64,000 nucleotides of DNA from Heteronotia binoei. Lineage: Eukaryota. The notes under the pieces were generated by a model. The model made no database searches and had not been told where the DNA came from. It saw only the letters and a list, made by a program, of their open reading frames with translations. Shown in pieces: positions 49,485 through 61,500 of the stretch (the stretch's first letter is position 1; every line of letters starts with the position of its first letter). Made by a program: the position numbers and the translations under genes. The stretch lies in contig NC_083241.1 in NCBI RefSeq assembly GCF_032191835.1, positions 6,944,001-7,008,000 on the forward strand, in the 5' to 3' direction.

Positions 49485-50468
49485 TGAACATTCCTTATGC
49501 TTTTCTTTGACTGGTAGGGTTAGCTCTAGAAAACTGTCTGCTAAAGAAAATCTGTGGTTAACTCCTCTTAAAATAGAACCCCAGCTTTTAAGAAACTCAG
49601 GGTTCCTACGACATCATTGGAAAACACAGCTCTAAGTCATCCTGTCCCTTTATTTAGAATGTTTATATGCCACTTCTTCAGAGTCCTTTGAAGTGGCTTT
49701 ATTGCTTGTGCTCCTTACTTTGTTGGCTCGTGGATCTTCCTGCTTCTAACCAGCACAAAAACTGCATCTCTTGAGACGCCACATGTGTGCTCTGTATTGT
49801 AGCCTTCTCCTTTGTGTCAGTATTCTATATTTAACTCGGTCCAACAGCAGCATTTGATAATCCCATATTAATTACTATAGCATTAGTACCAGGGATAGGA
49901 ATTGAAACTGAACCTTGAATTTTCCTCAAAGAAAATTGCAAATTTCTTAACAGGTACTAATCATGCTGCTTACAACTTAAGAGTCATCAGCTTCCTAATA
50001 GGAATCAAAAGAACTGTGGCTGAGGTGTAGTTTATTGTGGAAAACTGAATTATGCTAGTTAGCTTCCTAAAATTATCTGATCACCTGCAGTTTTTCACAA
50101 ATGATCAATTAAAATGCTGCTTTGCTTGTTTTCCAACCTTCACTTTCACTTAATTCTGTAGCACATAGGTCACCAATGTGTTGCGTGTGAGCTCCATGGT
50201 GCCCATCAATACCTTTCCTGGTGCCTGCCAGGTGTTTTCAGAAAAAGGGTGGGGCTGTTGCCCAGCATGGCTTCCTAATTGGGTACTGCAGATCAGATTG
50301 GCTCTGCGGATTAAAATAACATTGATTCACCAGCAACTGCTACTATGGTGTTGGTTTTATTCCATCTCTCTCTCTCTTTCCCAGTGTAGTGTTTGAATTA
50401 CCCCTCTTCCCTGCTCTTTTCTCTGGGGGTGTGCATGGCTGTACCTCTGTCGGCAGCCATGGTAAAAA

Positions 50469-50790
50469 CAGAACATAAAAACATAAGAGAAGCCATGTTG
50501 GATCAGGTCAATGGCCCATCCAGTCCAGTACACTGTGTCACACAGTGGCCAAAAAACCAGGTGCCATCAGTGGGGCCAGGACACTGGAAGCCCTCTCATT
50601 GTGCCCCCCCCCCCCCCAGCACCAAGAATACAGAGCATCATTGCCCCAGACAGAGTTCCAACAATACGCTGTGGCTAATAGCCACTGATGGACCTCTGCT
50701 CCATATGTTTATCCAATCCCCTCTTGAAACTGTCTATGCTGGCAGCTATCACCGCCTCCTGTGGCAGTGCATTCCATGTGTTGATCACCC
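50469..50790 (-). mobile_element. CR1 3' fragment
   Basis: Reverse complement of the CR1 tail and of the WNxLPQEA..AS sequence. Confidence 0.85.
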
Positions 50791-53592
50791 TTTGAGTGTC
50801 ACGGTGCCCACCACCCTGCATCAGAATTCCAAAGGTGTCTACACGTTTTAAAAGGTTGGGGACCCCTGGTATTGCCCATTATTAAATGCACCTTGGTTGA
50901 TTTCTCCAGGTAGCATTCTTTTGAGAGAAGAGGATGGGATTATAATACATAAAATCTAAGTGCCCGTATATTTCTAAAACTAGTTTTTCTTCTCTGGGAA
51001 CTTAGTTTGTATTCAAAATGAGAGCTGCCCTCTGTTCTTCACTTTAAGCACAACTCATGGGGATAACTAAAAATGAACAAAGGTCTCTTAGAGAGGCTCT
51101 GAAGTACTTATCCCTTTGCTTCTTGCAATTGAACTAATTGAGCCACAGCAAGGTCTCTAAAAAGAGCCTGCATCTGTTTCTAAAGATGTTCAATATTATA
51201 TGGTACATCTTTTCCCCCTGTATAATTCCTTTTGATAGTTCCATGTTGGGGAACTAACTGTTATCTGCTTGCTTCTGTTTGTTTTTCCCATAAAGTGATG
51301 GCATATGTTCAGTGCTTCATTGTGTTTATGTAGGAAACTTAGATTCGACAATTACGGTTTTCACTATGAGCTTCCGACATTGTCCTGCACATGCCACCAG
51401 TTTGCTATACTTCAAGAAAGAAGTTGAATGGAGTACAACTATTTTTTTGCTCTGGGATTGTAGAGTTTTTTTGTTTTGCTTTAGAAGACCAAGGACTCAT
51501 AAGTAGATCAGCACAAAGTTCCAGTGAAATGGCTGTTGGTTTAGATTTGTTTGGGTTTTCTTTAATAACTAAACCACTTTAATTGCTGTTTGGTTTTTGG
51601 AATTGCCAAATAGGGTGTAGACTTTCAAAACTGAATTTCAACAATATTTGGGTTGCCGTTCAAGTAAACTTAGTAGCCTTTCTTCATTTTTCTTGACCAG
51701 CCATGGTAACCAGCAGTTGGTGAACTTTCTTTCGCTGGATGATGATTATTGGCTGGATTTATGTTTTTTTATTAGTGAAATGACTGCTTTGAAATAATTC
51801 AAGAACTTCTGAAAGCTCCTACAGTATATGGAGAAGGGGATTTGGAAGAAGTATGATAAGGAACCTAAAATATACATACTAGAAGAAACAGTCACTTAAG
51901 TGCAGAGACCAAGTAGTTAACAACATAAGGATATAATCTGTAGATACTTTTCTTATGAGCCATTCATAGACAAGAGCCATTCCTGCCCTTAAGCCTAATT
52001 GCTTAATTCTTACTTATGGCTGCATTACAGCAGTCTGACTGTGGCTTCTTGATGCAACAACATGGTGGAACATGTTGTGATAGGGAGTAAATTGAAAGAC
52101 ACCTTCTAAATAGACATATTCTGTAATCCACCTTGAGTCTTCAGGAGAAAGGCGGGCTACAAATAAAGCACTGAGATAAATGTTTACGAGCTTAAGTGAT
52201 CACATAGATTTTTCCCACCCTGACTCTGCCCACTTCAATGACTGAGTTCTTTGTACCTTTCAAAGGCTCGTTATAGATCAGGTGGTTATAGATCAGCTCC
52301 CAGTTGGGTTTTCAAGTTGCAGCTGAAGTAACTAACTTTGTGACCTTTCCAGTTATTCTTAGTCACCTTTCCAGTTAATTAACCCAGTTTGTAGCCTTGT
52401 GAGAAGAATCTGCTAATTTCATAAATTGGCTTAGAATTGAAGTTTTCTTGATCATGAAGTGTCATGGGACATGATCGCCTAAGCACTTCTTAAAAATTCT
52501 GTTGTATTAGCTAAAAATCCCAAAAATCTTTCTTATATATTCCATGGAGTACCATATTTGGCTTTGCCTCAGCAGTTGGGTACTGTCCTTTAAAATTATA
52601 GGCTCACCTATTTAGATTGATGGGTGCAATTAAGGACTGTGTGGGAATGAGGAGGGGGGCAGGTGTCAGAGGGGTTTGACCAGAACACCCATTTGCTTTG
52701 TTTTGATTGTCCACATGAATTGAAACTGAGGTTACATCTTTGCTCAGATAATGAGAAATGCATTGGAAGGGGTGCAAAAGTACCGGCAACTTCTAAGATT
52801 TCGCTGTGGATTACGTTAAACTACTGCAGGCATTGGAGTATCTTCTATTCTGCCATTTTGTTCTACGTTCATAGGAATCAGAACAAAGGAATTCCATTTT
52901 TCTTTAAATCTTGATGGCCAGAAATTAGGCTGAAACAAACTTCATACATAATATGAGCAGTCCCACTTTTACCAAATCTGTCCTCAGTTTCACCTGGTGT
53001 CTGTTTGCTGAAGGCTGAGAGTGCATTTTGACATTCTTTGAAATTCCCACTTGCATCCCATGTACTACTTCTGTCTATGTGGCTAGCCATAGAGTATTGC
53101 CTATGTGTGCTAGAGTTTTCTTAGACTGATTTGTAATTGCTCTTTATGTATTTGTATAGTGATATATTAATTTCATCAAGAACTCAATTTAGGAGTTTCC
53201 TCCTTTGCAGATACTAAAAAGACCTGCCAATAGTTTGTGGACAATGAACCCAAAGCAAATGGGGGTTCTGGTTTACAGTTTAACTGTAAATTGTGATTTT
53301 AAAAATTGTGGCTAAAGCTAACCTTTTTATGTGTCTTCAGTGGTGGTTCAAAGTAGAATTTTTATATTAAAGGCATAAATTCTCAATATTCCCTATAGTG
53401 ATTCTGAAAAATGGTTAATGGATTGGCCATGAATTATACGAAGTTTTGACCCATCTAATTTTGACATTACTTTACTCCTTTAAAACATGTTGAATTCATT
53501 CAGATGTGACAATTCAAAGTATTGGATGCTTAGTTTAAGGATAAAATCACATGTATTCCAACAGCATATTTCTTTTAATTTTTTTTATCAAG

Positions 53593-53955
53593 AGTCCAGA
53601 CAAAGGAAGAATCTCAAAGAGAGACTGCAAGAGTTCCAAATCAAGATGGCAGTTCCTACTGATTGAGAGGTTGAGAAAATGATCTAATGCATGGTTGCCG
53701 AGTATATCCATCCAAGACAGGGGCACTTTAGAATGGACTACGCTGTTTTCTAAACCAAAGAAGACTGGGCCTTATGGTCATCTTACAAATGATTTTTTAA
53801 AAATTAAACGTTTTAAGTCTTGTATCAATGCAAACTTGTTTGGGGAGATGGAAGTGGCTTACTCAATTCTGGTACCATACATGTTTGACTCCTGTCTGTT
53901 GGCAGAAGCGCAATTCAATCTCAAATTATTTAAATAAAAGGTTTTTTTACATTTT
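53593..53955 (+). ncRNA. CHASERR: CHASERR-like terminal exon
   Basis: Acceptor TTTTTTTATCAAG; AAGATGG at 53643; ATGG at 53646, 53691, 53733, 53774 and 53848; poly(A) signal at 53933. Confidence 0.8.
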
Positions 53956-53975
53956 TATTCTTGTTTGTCATCTTT
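53933..53975 (+). terminator. Polyadenylation signal AATAAA with downstream U/GU-rich element
   Basis: AATAAA at 53933-53938, CA at 53950-53951, then TTTTTATTCTTGTTTGTC. Confidence 0.8.
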
Positions 53976-56039
53976 CGGACTGAATGATTATCATTGTATC
54001 AGTATCTTCTGTTGGTGGTTTTGACAGAAGAAATGTGAGGATTATATTCTTGGTTGGGGTTGTGTTTTGTGTGCTCTCTGGCTAGTTACACAAATATTTT
54101 CATATTTGATGGGTTACATGTCTGCCTGACTTGAAATGGTGGTAGCTATTAAGACAAAATATTTCCAAACTGGTGCAGCAATTTTACAATGGTACAAATC
54201 AAATGGTTTCAGTGGAAATAATACCACACAACACCTTGTGGTTTGAAGTCTTCTGTTGATGTTCTAGAGTTTACCAGATATTCACATAACCTACAAATGG
54301 AACCCATTCCTTTTCAACATTCCTTTTAATTAGATTGACTTTCTTACTGGTTCATTGAGCTCCTTTTGTGAACATACTGCCATGAAATAATTTGGGCCTG
54401 GTAACTCTAATAATTCTTACCAATGTATTGAATGGGTTGCTGTTTGTACAGATGTTCATGAAATCCATGAGCCTATTTTACTGATGTCCATGTTACTGTT
54501 TAAAATGATGAGGTTGCGCTTTTGTCTCTCTTTGCCTGTGTAAACACCATTAAAGAATCATAGGTATTTTCTTGAGTTGTTTTGCCATTGAATGTCTGAA
54601 ATGCCAAGCAGCTACTTGGCCAACCAATGTAGGTTGATGGTCACATTGTTTTTGGACAGGAGATCCAGTTTGCTATTGAAGTAGTAATGTGAAGGATTAC
54701 TGAGGGAAAAGCAGACAGAAGTTTACTTGAGGCCATGTTGCTGTTGGAATGATGTTGGCGTTCATTGATTTGTGTATTCGTGGTTTTGGAGATTATTACC
54801 CACCTGCTCACTCCTAACAAATACCCTTTGTTGATGGCATAAAATGGTGACTTGGGTCTAGACAAAGCACCTGAGGTTTGGGCTAGTGGTATACTTTGGA
54901 TGTGGAATTCTTCCAGAAGTACTACCATCTGTGGTGCCCCCTAATTTGGACATCTAGAGCCTATACCCAAGAGGTGCCCTTGTTGCTTGTAGCTCCTATT
55001 TGATTCTTAAACTAGGCAACTCTTGACTGACTTTGAAAATGGGTATTGTAGATTGCGTGTGGGCTGGAAGAATGTGGCCAAATACAACAGATTATGGCTT
55101 GTACTGGTAGAGCCTTTGTTACAAGGTACTGTGTGTCTTTGGATCGAACTCTCATCTACATGAGTCCATGTGGACTCTAAATGCATTAAGAATGCAATGG
55201 GATCATGGTGAACTTCCTCAGATCTAGGTATTGGGCATGCTCAGCAGTGAGGTACTAGATGCACTTCTTTCCCATGGAGTTCTGGATTGTTGGACCATCA
55301 TCACTGTTGCTCAGAAAAAAACTGTTGGAAATGGAATACAGCTAAAATATGGACCCTTATGGAGTCTTTCTTATTGAATATCTAAGATCTGCCATATTAA
55401 GAAAATGGACATGACAACACAATGGATTCGATTTTTACAGCCGCTTCAGTAACTAATGAATTGGATTTTCAATTGCCCCATTTGTTGCTTCCAAGTGGAG
55501 CCACTAGGGAGGCGCTATGGAGATTGGCAGGGTTAGTAGCTAGTTCTTTTTCACTGGAATGACTGCTCTAAGGGGCATGTTTATGGCCAGTTTTCCCACA
55601 GTGGCTATTAAACAAGAAGATACTTCCTCATTTTTCTGAGAATTACCCCATTGGGTGGTGGGCTTGCCTACCCATGTGGAGTACTGGGGGTAACCCAATG
55701 GACCCCAGTCTGGACTTCCACTGCTTCAAAATGGCTTGCTGCATCACCACTTCCTGTCCAGGGAGGAAGTAATTTTAGCCCAAGGACAGAAATATGCCAG
55801 CCCTCTACAACAAAAGAAGCCAATAATCTCTTTCTGGCTTGGAAAGGGTGTCTGAACCAGATGGGGTTAAGTTGCCCCCTCCACAAATTGGGGTAGTCTG
55901 AGATGCCCAGGGTTGGGGGGCCCCTTCCCTTTAGGTGGAGGCTCCCTTTCTGGGTTTTTTTGGGTGGAAATGAAGGGGTGGGTCTATGGTACATCACCTG
56001 AGTTGTGGGGTAAATGTAGAGAGTGTCAATCAAAGGCAG

Positions 56040-56587
56040 AGCTCAGAGCTGGGAAGAAAGCTCTAGATGGCGGCTGTGCCTTGGAGAGCGCGCTGAGCCT
56101 CCCTGCCTTTTTTCTCCCCCTCCTCCACCACTTTTGCGCAACTTTCCCCAACTTTTGGGCAGTCTCAAGGGGCTCTGGCGGCCCCTGGCCTCTCGTGGGT
56201 GCCGGCGTGGGGGAGAGCGAGCGTTTTTGGGGCAGAAAAGCAGCTTCGGGGGGCTCTTTTCCCCTCGCCTTGTTGGAAAGAAGCAGCCCAGGTCGTTGTT
56301 TTTCCCAGCTTGGAAGCCATGGCGCACCTCCATTTTTGTGCGCTCGCCTAATGAGCTTTTCCTCCGGATCTTTTCCTTTCGCTTTAATGATCGCCTCTGG
56401 CGATTAAACGACGGCGGATCTTTTGGGATTAAACCTTTATTTGTTAGATTTTTAGGGGGGAATAATGTTTTTTTAAAAAATAACAACGACTCCCGGTCCG
56501 TCTGCCTTGGGAAACATTTTGGAGCTGATGTTTCCCCACTACCCGAAACTAATATCGGGTAGGACCTGGCGCGGGTGCCCTGATCAG
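56040..56587 (+). other. CHD2: CHD2 exon 1 (5' UTR; start approximate)
   Basis: Blocks such as CTCAGAGCTGGGAAG, GCCTTGTTGGAAAGAAGCAGC and CCCAGGTCGTTGTTTTT match the recalled human CHD2 5' UTR; donor GATCAG|GTAGGT at 56587/56588. Confidence 0.8.
56319..56351 (+). promoter_or_regulatory. Upstream ORF in the CHD2 5' UTR (MAHLHFCALA*)
   Basis: GCCATGG Kozak context, 10 codons, ends TAA TGA. Confidence 0.7.
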
Positions 56588-57028
56588 GTAGGTGGGCGAT
56601 TATTAACCATCGTTTTTGAGATTTTTGTCCTTTTTTTCGGAGTACTTTGAATTTTATTTTGTCGTCGACCGATTTGAACGATCCTGAATGACGCAATAAA
56701 ATACCTAGAATATTTGCCTCCACGGTTACTTCGGGAAAGTTTGCACAGTGTCCCGCAGGGCTGTGGACCCTCTTTTTAAATTTTTTTCGGGGGGGAAATG
56801 TAGTATTTAATTATCGATTTCCCCCCTTTGCTTTTGTGAGCCTTCTGCATTATTGGAAGCATTGCAACGTCAGGACTTTTTGTTGTTCGTCGTCGTGAAA
56901 AGCCAAAGGCAGCGAGTGGGACTTTACCTTTCTTTCAACTTTTGACAGTAAATACCTGGGCACGGGACTTCAAAGCAGACCCAAGCGCTCATTTGCCTTG
57001 CTCTTAATATTTTTTTAAGAATTAAAAG

Positions 57029-57090
57029 ATGATGAGAAACAGGGACAAAAGCCACGGAGAGGAGGGTTCTGGCCACAGCAATGCATCGAG
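57029..57090 (+). CDS. CHD2: Chromodomain-helicase-DNA-binding protein 2, first coding exon (exon 56949-57090; 62 coding nt)
   Basis: MMRNRDKSHGEEGSGHSNAS+AG versus recalled human [21 protein letters not shown]; acceptor TTTGACAG|TAAATACCTGGGCAC and donor GAG|GTATGA; missed by the ORF track because it is short. Confidence 0.93.
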
Positions 57091-59768
57091 GTATGATCTC
57101 AACTTTATTTTGTGTATTTTGGTTAACCTGATGACACTGTTTACCTCTTGACAGCCTTGGATTCCCAGCGATACAGGAGTAAAATATGTATTTCATTGCT
57201 TTTGATTCTTTGCTTAAGGAGTGACCTTGAGATTTCGAAGATGCCACACCCTAATTTTTTATACCAATTTCGGAAAGTTGGGCTGTGACTTAGAGGCCCC
57301 ATGGCATAGATAAAAAGGTAATGCACCTTTCTCCTGATGCAGCCCTTTATTTGTTATATTATGCTCTTTCAGCTTGTGGATTTCGTGCTTTTGGAGGGCT
57401 TTTGTGCTGTGAAAAATGACCTTGCCTCTTTAGCTGTTGCTGCATTGCACCATTTTATGTAGAAGGCATTTTTTTTCCCCCTTTGAAGAATTTCTGAAGT
57501 CTAAACTTCCAACGGAAGGCCTGGTAGTTGAATTCCATAGTAAATAAACACCCTGCAGAAGTGATATGAATGAAAAAATGCTCATTTTGAAATAAAAATG
57601 GAAATGAGGTGGTTAGGTTGAACCCCATTGCGAGATATTTGGTTTTGGCATATCGAACTTTGATACTGTCTTAGTTGTTTTTAGGGTATTTTGATACACT
57701 TTAACCACATTCTCCTACTGATAGTGGTTGGTTGTATTTAAGAAAGAAGTCATCTATACTGCGAGACCCTTTGAGATGTGATGTTCACTTTGGCTCTGAT
57801 ATTTTTACCAATCTGGGTGAGAAGCAGAACCCAAGATGCAACTTTATTTTGTACCATTATTTTAAAAAAAACCCCAACAAACACACTTATGCTAAATCTA
57901 CAGTATTACTTTTCTACGTATTGATTTCCCCCTCTTTATGTTAAATCTTTCTTTTTTGCTTTTGAGCATTTGTAATTCTGAAGCTAACTTCTGTAGCAAC
58001 CTGTGCTTGTGGCGGAGGAATGAATGAAATCTTTTGATATCCAGACTTAACCCATTAAATACACTGAAGTTGAAAATGACGTTCTGGTGGATAAGCTGTT
58101 GAGAACAACAAGTTAAGGGATTGGAGGGTGATTTCTGGATGTAGCCAATTTGAAATTTTGTGGTGGGAGTAAATCTACGGTAATTGCAAAACTAAACAGA
58201 TTTTGCTGCAATTTATGGAGTGGGGGGGGGGACACAAACCACTAATTTCTGCACAAACCCTTTATGGATACCACTACCCCTGGAAATGATGTTATAAAAC
58301 CATTGACTTAGTTAGAAAGTTGATTTTGAAATTAATCATCCTGCTCCACAGTTAGTGATAGGAGAAAAAAGTGCAGTTTTCATTTTTTTTTAAAAGAAAT
58401 GATAAACTGAACAAGGAAGCTTTAGGAGTATTGGAGGCCCACCAGGCTACGCTTTGAAACAAGGGTCTGGGCATTTGAGGTGTATCAGAATTAAGAATTA
58501 GATACAGTCCTCCCTTCAGAGATTCTTTTTTTCTTTCCCTTTCCCTTGGGTAAGTTATTTGCATAACCTCCACATGTGAACTCTTGCTTTCTGGGTAACA
58601 GATCATATGTTCATTGTCAACCAATATGCGAGCAGCTACTGTAAGAAAATAAAGCCCGGCCTCCTTGTTTCTTCCCCCACCCTTGCCCCTTTCATCAGAA
58701 TGTATTGACTGCTGGCAGTTCTCAGTCACATGGACTGTGGGAAACGGGAGTTCTCTAAGCAGTTGTCTTTGAACTTCTGAGCTTCCAAGGCACCTGTCAG
58801 TCATAAAATGTGCTTTTTTTTTTTTTGCTTCCCACTCTTGACTTTGCAGAGGTAGGCCTGTGGTGGAATCACTTCTAAACAAGCAGCGTGGAAGTGTGAT
58901 AGACTTCAGACTTCCTCTCTCCACCAGATTGAAGAGGAAGCACGTAATCTATGACATCAAGTCCTCTCTTTAGTGGGAGGTGTGTGTGTGTCTGTGGAGG
59001 GGGGCGGAATGTATGTAAAATGGAGATGAATGGCCCATCCAACACAACCCCTCCCCATCAAAGGTCTACCTCAAGATTTCCCCCCTCTGTTTCCCACTCT
59101 GAAGGACTCTACAATATCAATATAAAAGGAAGGTAGTCCTTCCTGGGAGTTGCTTTGCAAACATTTTTTTATCATCTTTGAATGAAAACATGTATCTTGA
59201 CTCTTTTCCTGTTCAGTTTTAGAAGATGGCTTCATACTTGACTAGTAAGATATGGGTGCCCCCCTATTCTTCAGGAGTCAAACATACCAGAACGGGGTAG
59301 AAACTTGGAAGCTTCATGTTGGCACAGGAAGCACCCATACTTCAAAAGTACAGGTGTCCCAATTGGAAGTTTTCACAATTACAAAGATTCAAAGCAATTG
59401 ACTCTAGCCTGGAGTGAGAATTTCAAAGATCACCAGCATGGATTCTGAGAACCAACTGCCATGCTGGCTTCTTCCCTAACAACTGTCGAGGTTTGGGTTG
59501 TGATCAAAGTGGAACCAAGTCTGTTCTGTGGAGTCTTCACAAAAGGACAAGTGGTGGCAGTGGATCCTTCTGTGTAAGCTTAGGACCTGTAGTACACTTT
59601 ACTATATTTCAGTACTTCCCAGTATTAAAGCTCTCTGAGAGGCCTGCAGTATACATCAGAAAATGAAACCATCAGGGTCCCATACAACATTTTGTCATAG
59701 AAAAATTCCGACTTAAAACCTGACTTCATTAAAAAGGTTATTTGTGTTAAAGAATCCTTAACTTTTCA

Positions 59769-60057
59769 GGAGACCAGTGTGGTGTAGTGGTTAAGTGTGC
59801 GGACTCTTATCTGGGAGAACCGGGTTTGATTCCCCACTCCCCCACTTGCACCTGCTGGAATGGCCTTAGGTCAACCATAGCTCTGGCAGAGGTTGTCCTT
59901 GAAAGGGGGCAGCTGCTGTGAGAGCCCTCTCCAGCCCCACCCACCTCACAGGGTGTCTGTTGTGGGGGAGGAAGGGAAAGGAGATTGTGAGCCGCTCTGA
60001 GACTCTTCGGAGTGGAGGGCGGGATATAAATCCAATATCACCATCATCATCTTCTTC
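59769..60057 (+). mobile_element. Squam3-like SINE with a single tail unit
   Basis: Near-identical to 24723-25000. Confidence 0.9.
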
Positions 60058-60849
60058 ACATGAAGGCCCTTGGGGGAAAAAGGCTAATGTGCGATTTCCT
60101 GGGCCACAGGTTGCCTAGTAGGTAAAGTCCCACCACCCAGGGGTGCCAGATGTTTACAGTCACCTGCCCTGCTCCAGATGTTGGGGCAACTGCAAAAAAC
60201 CCTTCCATATACACCTGTAGATTTTTAGTGCGGAATGGTATGATTTTTAAGACTGCAGTCCTGTTCATACCTTGCAACCATTCTGACAGCATATTTTCCT
60301 GAGACATTTAATTCCATTTTAGTTCAGGGGGATTTACTTCTAGGTAAATGCAGTTAGGATCAGGCCATCGGTAGGGGAAATGCATTGAAGTCAACTCTGC
60401 AAGTTTGGGCGTTCGTGTGCAAGGAGACGGTGGTTTACATGGTACGCGCATAACAAGACAAACTTGTGTCCCCCTAGAAAAATGCGTACAGTTCATCCTC
60501 TGCGTTGGCAGTGTCGTCTTGGTTATAAATGCACCCTGACTTAGAGCGCATTGTTGTGCACATCGCTCAAATCTGAAACATTAGGGTTGGAGGGTGGATT
60601 TAAAGCTGCGTTTCTGTTAATTTTGTAAAGCGGGGCTTTATTTATGGAGTGGCTTTCTCCTGGAACCAAGTTGGGCTGGGGGGAGCTGACCGACGCAGAT
60701 TTCTGCTCACCAAATATCCTGGTGGCAGCCATTTTATGAAACCACTACTCAGCAAGGAAGATTTTAGTTGGAGACAATGAACCAAGGGGAAGGAGGGCGG
60801 GAGATAGCAAAAGAAAGCAGCAGCCGAACTGTGTCAGTGTTCTTTGCAC

Positions 60850-61500
60850 AGTGATGTCTCGGGTGCAAGCCACTTATTTGGGGGAAGGAGAAAAAAGGGG
60901 CAGACGGGAACCTAAAAGGCAAAAGATGCCAGGCGTTTTAAACCGCAAGCCCGGTTTGTCACAAAATGGCTGTTTCTTTGTGCTGCATAGCTGAGAGACA
61001 TAGTGCAATGCAGTGTGCATGGAGGTGGGGGGGGGGGAGGGAGAACCACAGCAGGAAGTTGCTGGTGGGGAGTTCAAAGGTCATTTTGGGCTGGCCGCGG
61101 GATCCGGTTGGCTGTCGGCTCGCCTGGTAACAGGAGGGTCACCGCTGGAGGCTCCACGGCAGCCGAAGCCCTGCCTTGCTCGTGATGTCAGCTGGCACTG
61201 CTCTTTCCCCCCCTCCCTCCCTCTCTGGGCCACTCACAGCTCCATTCTCCCGCTTTTCTCGGCTTCTGCCTTCCCAGCCACAGGCAGGCAGGCAGGATTC
61301 AAACACGGCCTTGCAAGACCGGGCGGCTGTTTCGTGCTCCTGGAAAGCCGGGTTTGAGCCACAGGCGATTTCGCTCCCCTTGTACTCTCTCTCTAAAAAT
61401 AAAAAATGCTAACGAACACAAACCGGGTTTCAGAGAGCCAGCGACTGGCGGTGTTGCTGCAAGCTTTTTCACAGTCATCAAGTGCTTGCATGTGCAGTCA
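60850..61500. promoter_or_regulatory. CpG-enriched segment in CHD2 intron 2 (putative alternative promoter or enhancer)
   Basis: Local rise in GC and CpG in non-repetitive sequence; GCCATTTT at ~60728 and AAAATGGC at ~60963. Confidence 0.4.

Larger units (their letters stand above)
37450..53955 (+). ncRNA. CHASERR: Spliced lncRNA upstream of CHD2, positional and motif ortholog of CHASERR (start approximate)
   Basis: CpG promoter, canonical exons, terminal exon with AAGATGG, ATGG repeats and AATAAA; ~16.5-kb span ending ~2.1 kb before CHD2 exon 1 on the same strand, matching the known mammalian layout. Confidence 0.8.
56020..56900 (+). promoter_or_regulatory. CHD2: CHD2 CpG island / promoter region
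   Basis: CpG-rich; YY1-like AGATGGCGGC at 56066; lies directly upstream of the CHD2 start exon. Confidence 0.85.

Noticed and set aside
37901-53592. snoRNA host-gene interpretation of the short non-coding exons
   Set aside because: Scattered ATGATGA-like boxes (e.g. ~43845, ~51738) lack a properly spaced CTGA and terminal stem; the CHD2 adjacency explains the gene better.
55913-56723. Overlapping 164-226 aa ORFs on both strands at the CHD2 promoter
   Set aside because: They overlap the CHD2 5' UTR and intron 1, have no recognisable domain, and the region is explained as UTR.
58352-58924. 190-aa minus-strand ORF in CHD2 intron 2
   Set aside because: No motif, includes A/T-run-derived residues, and has no supporting splice or promoter context.
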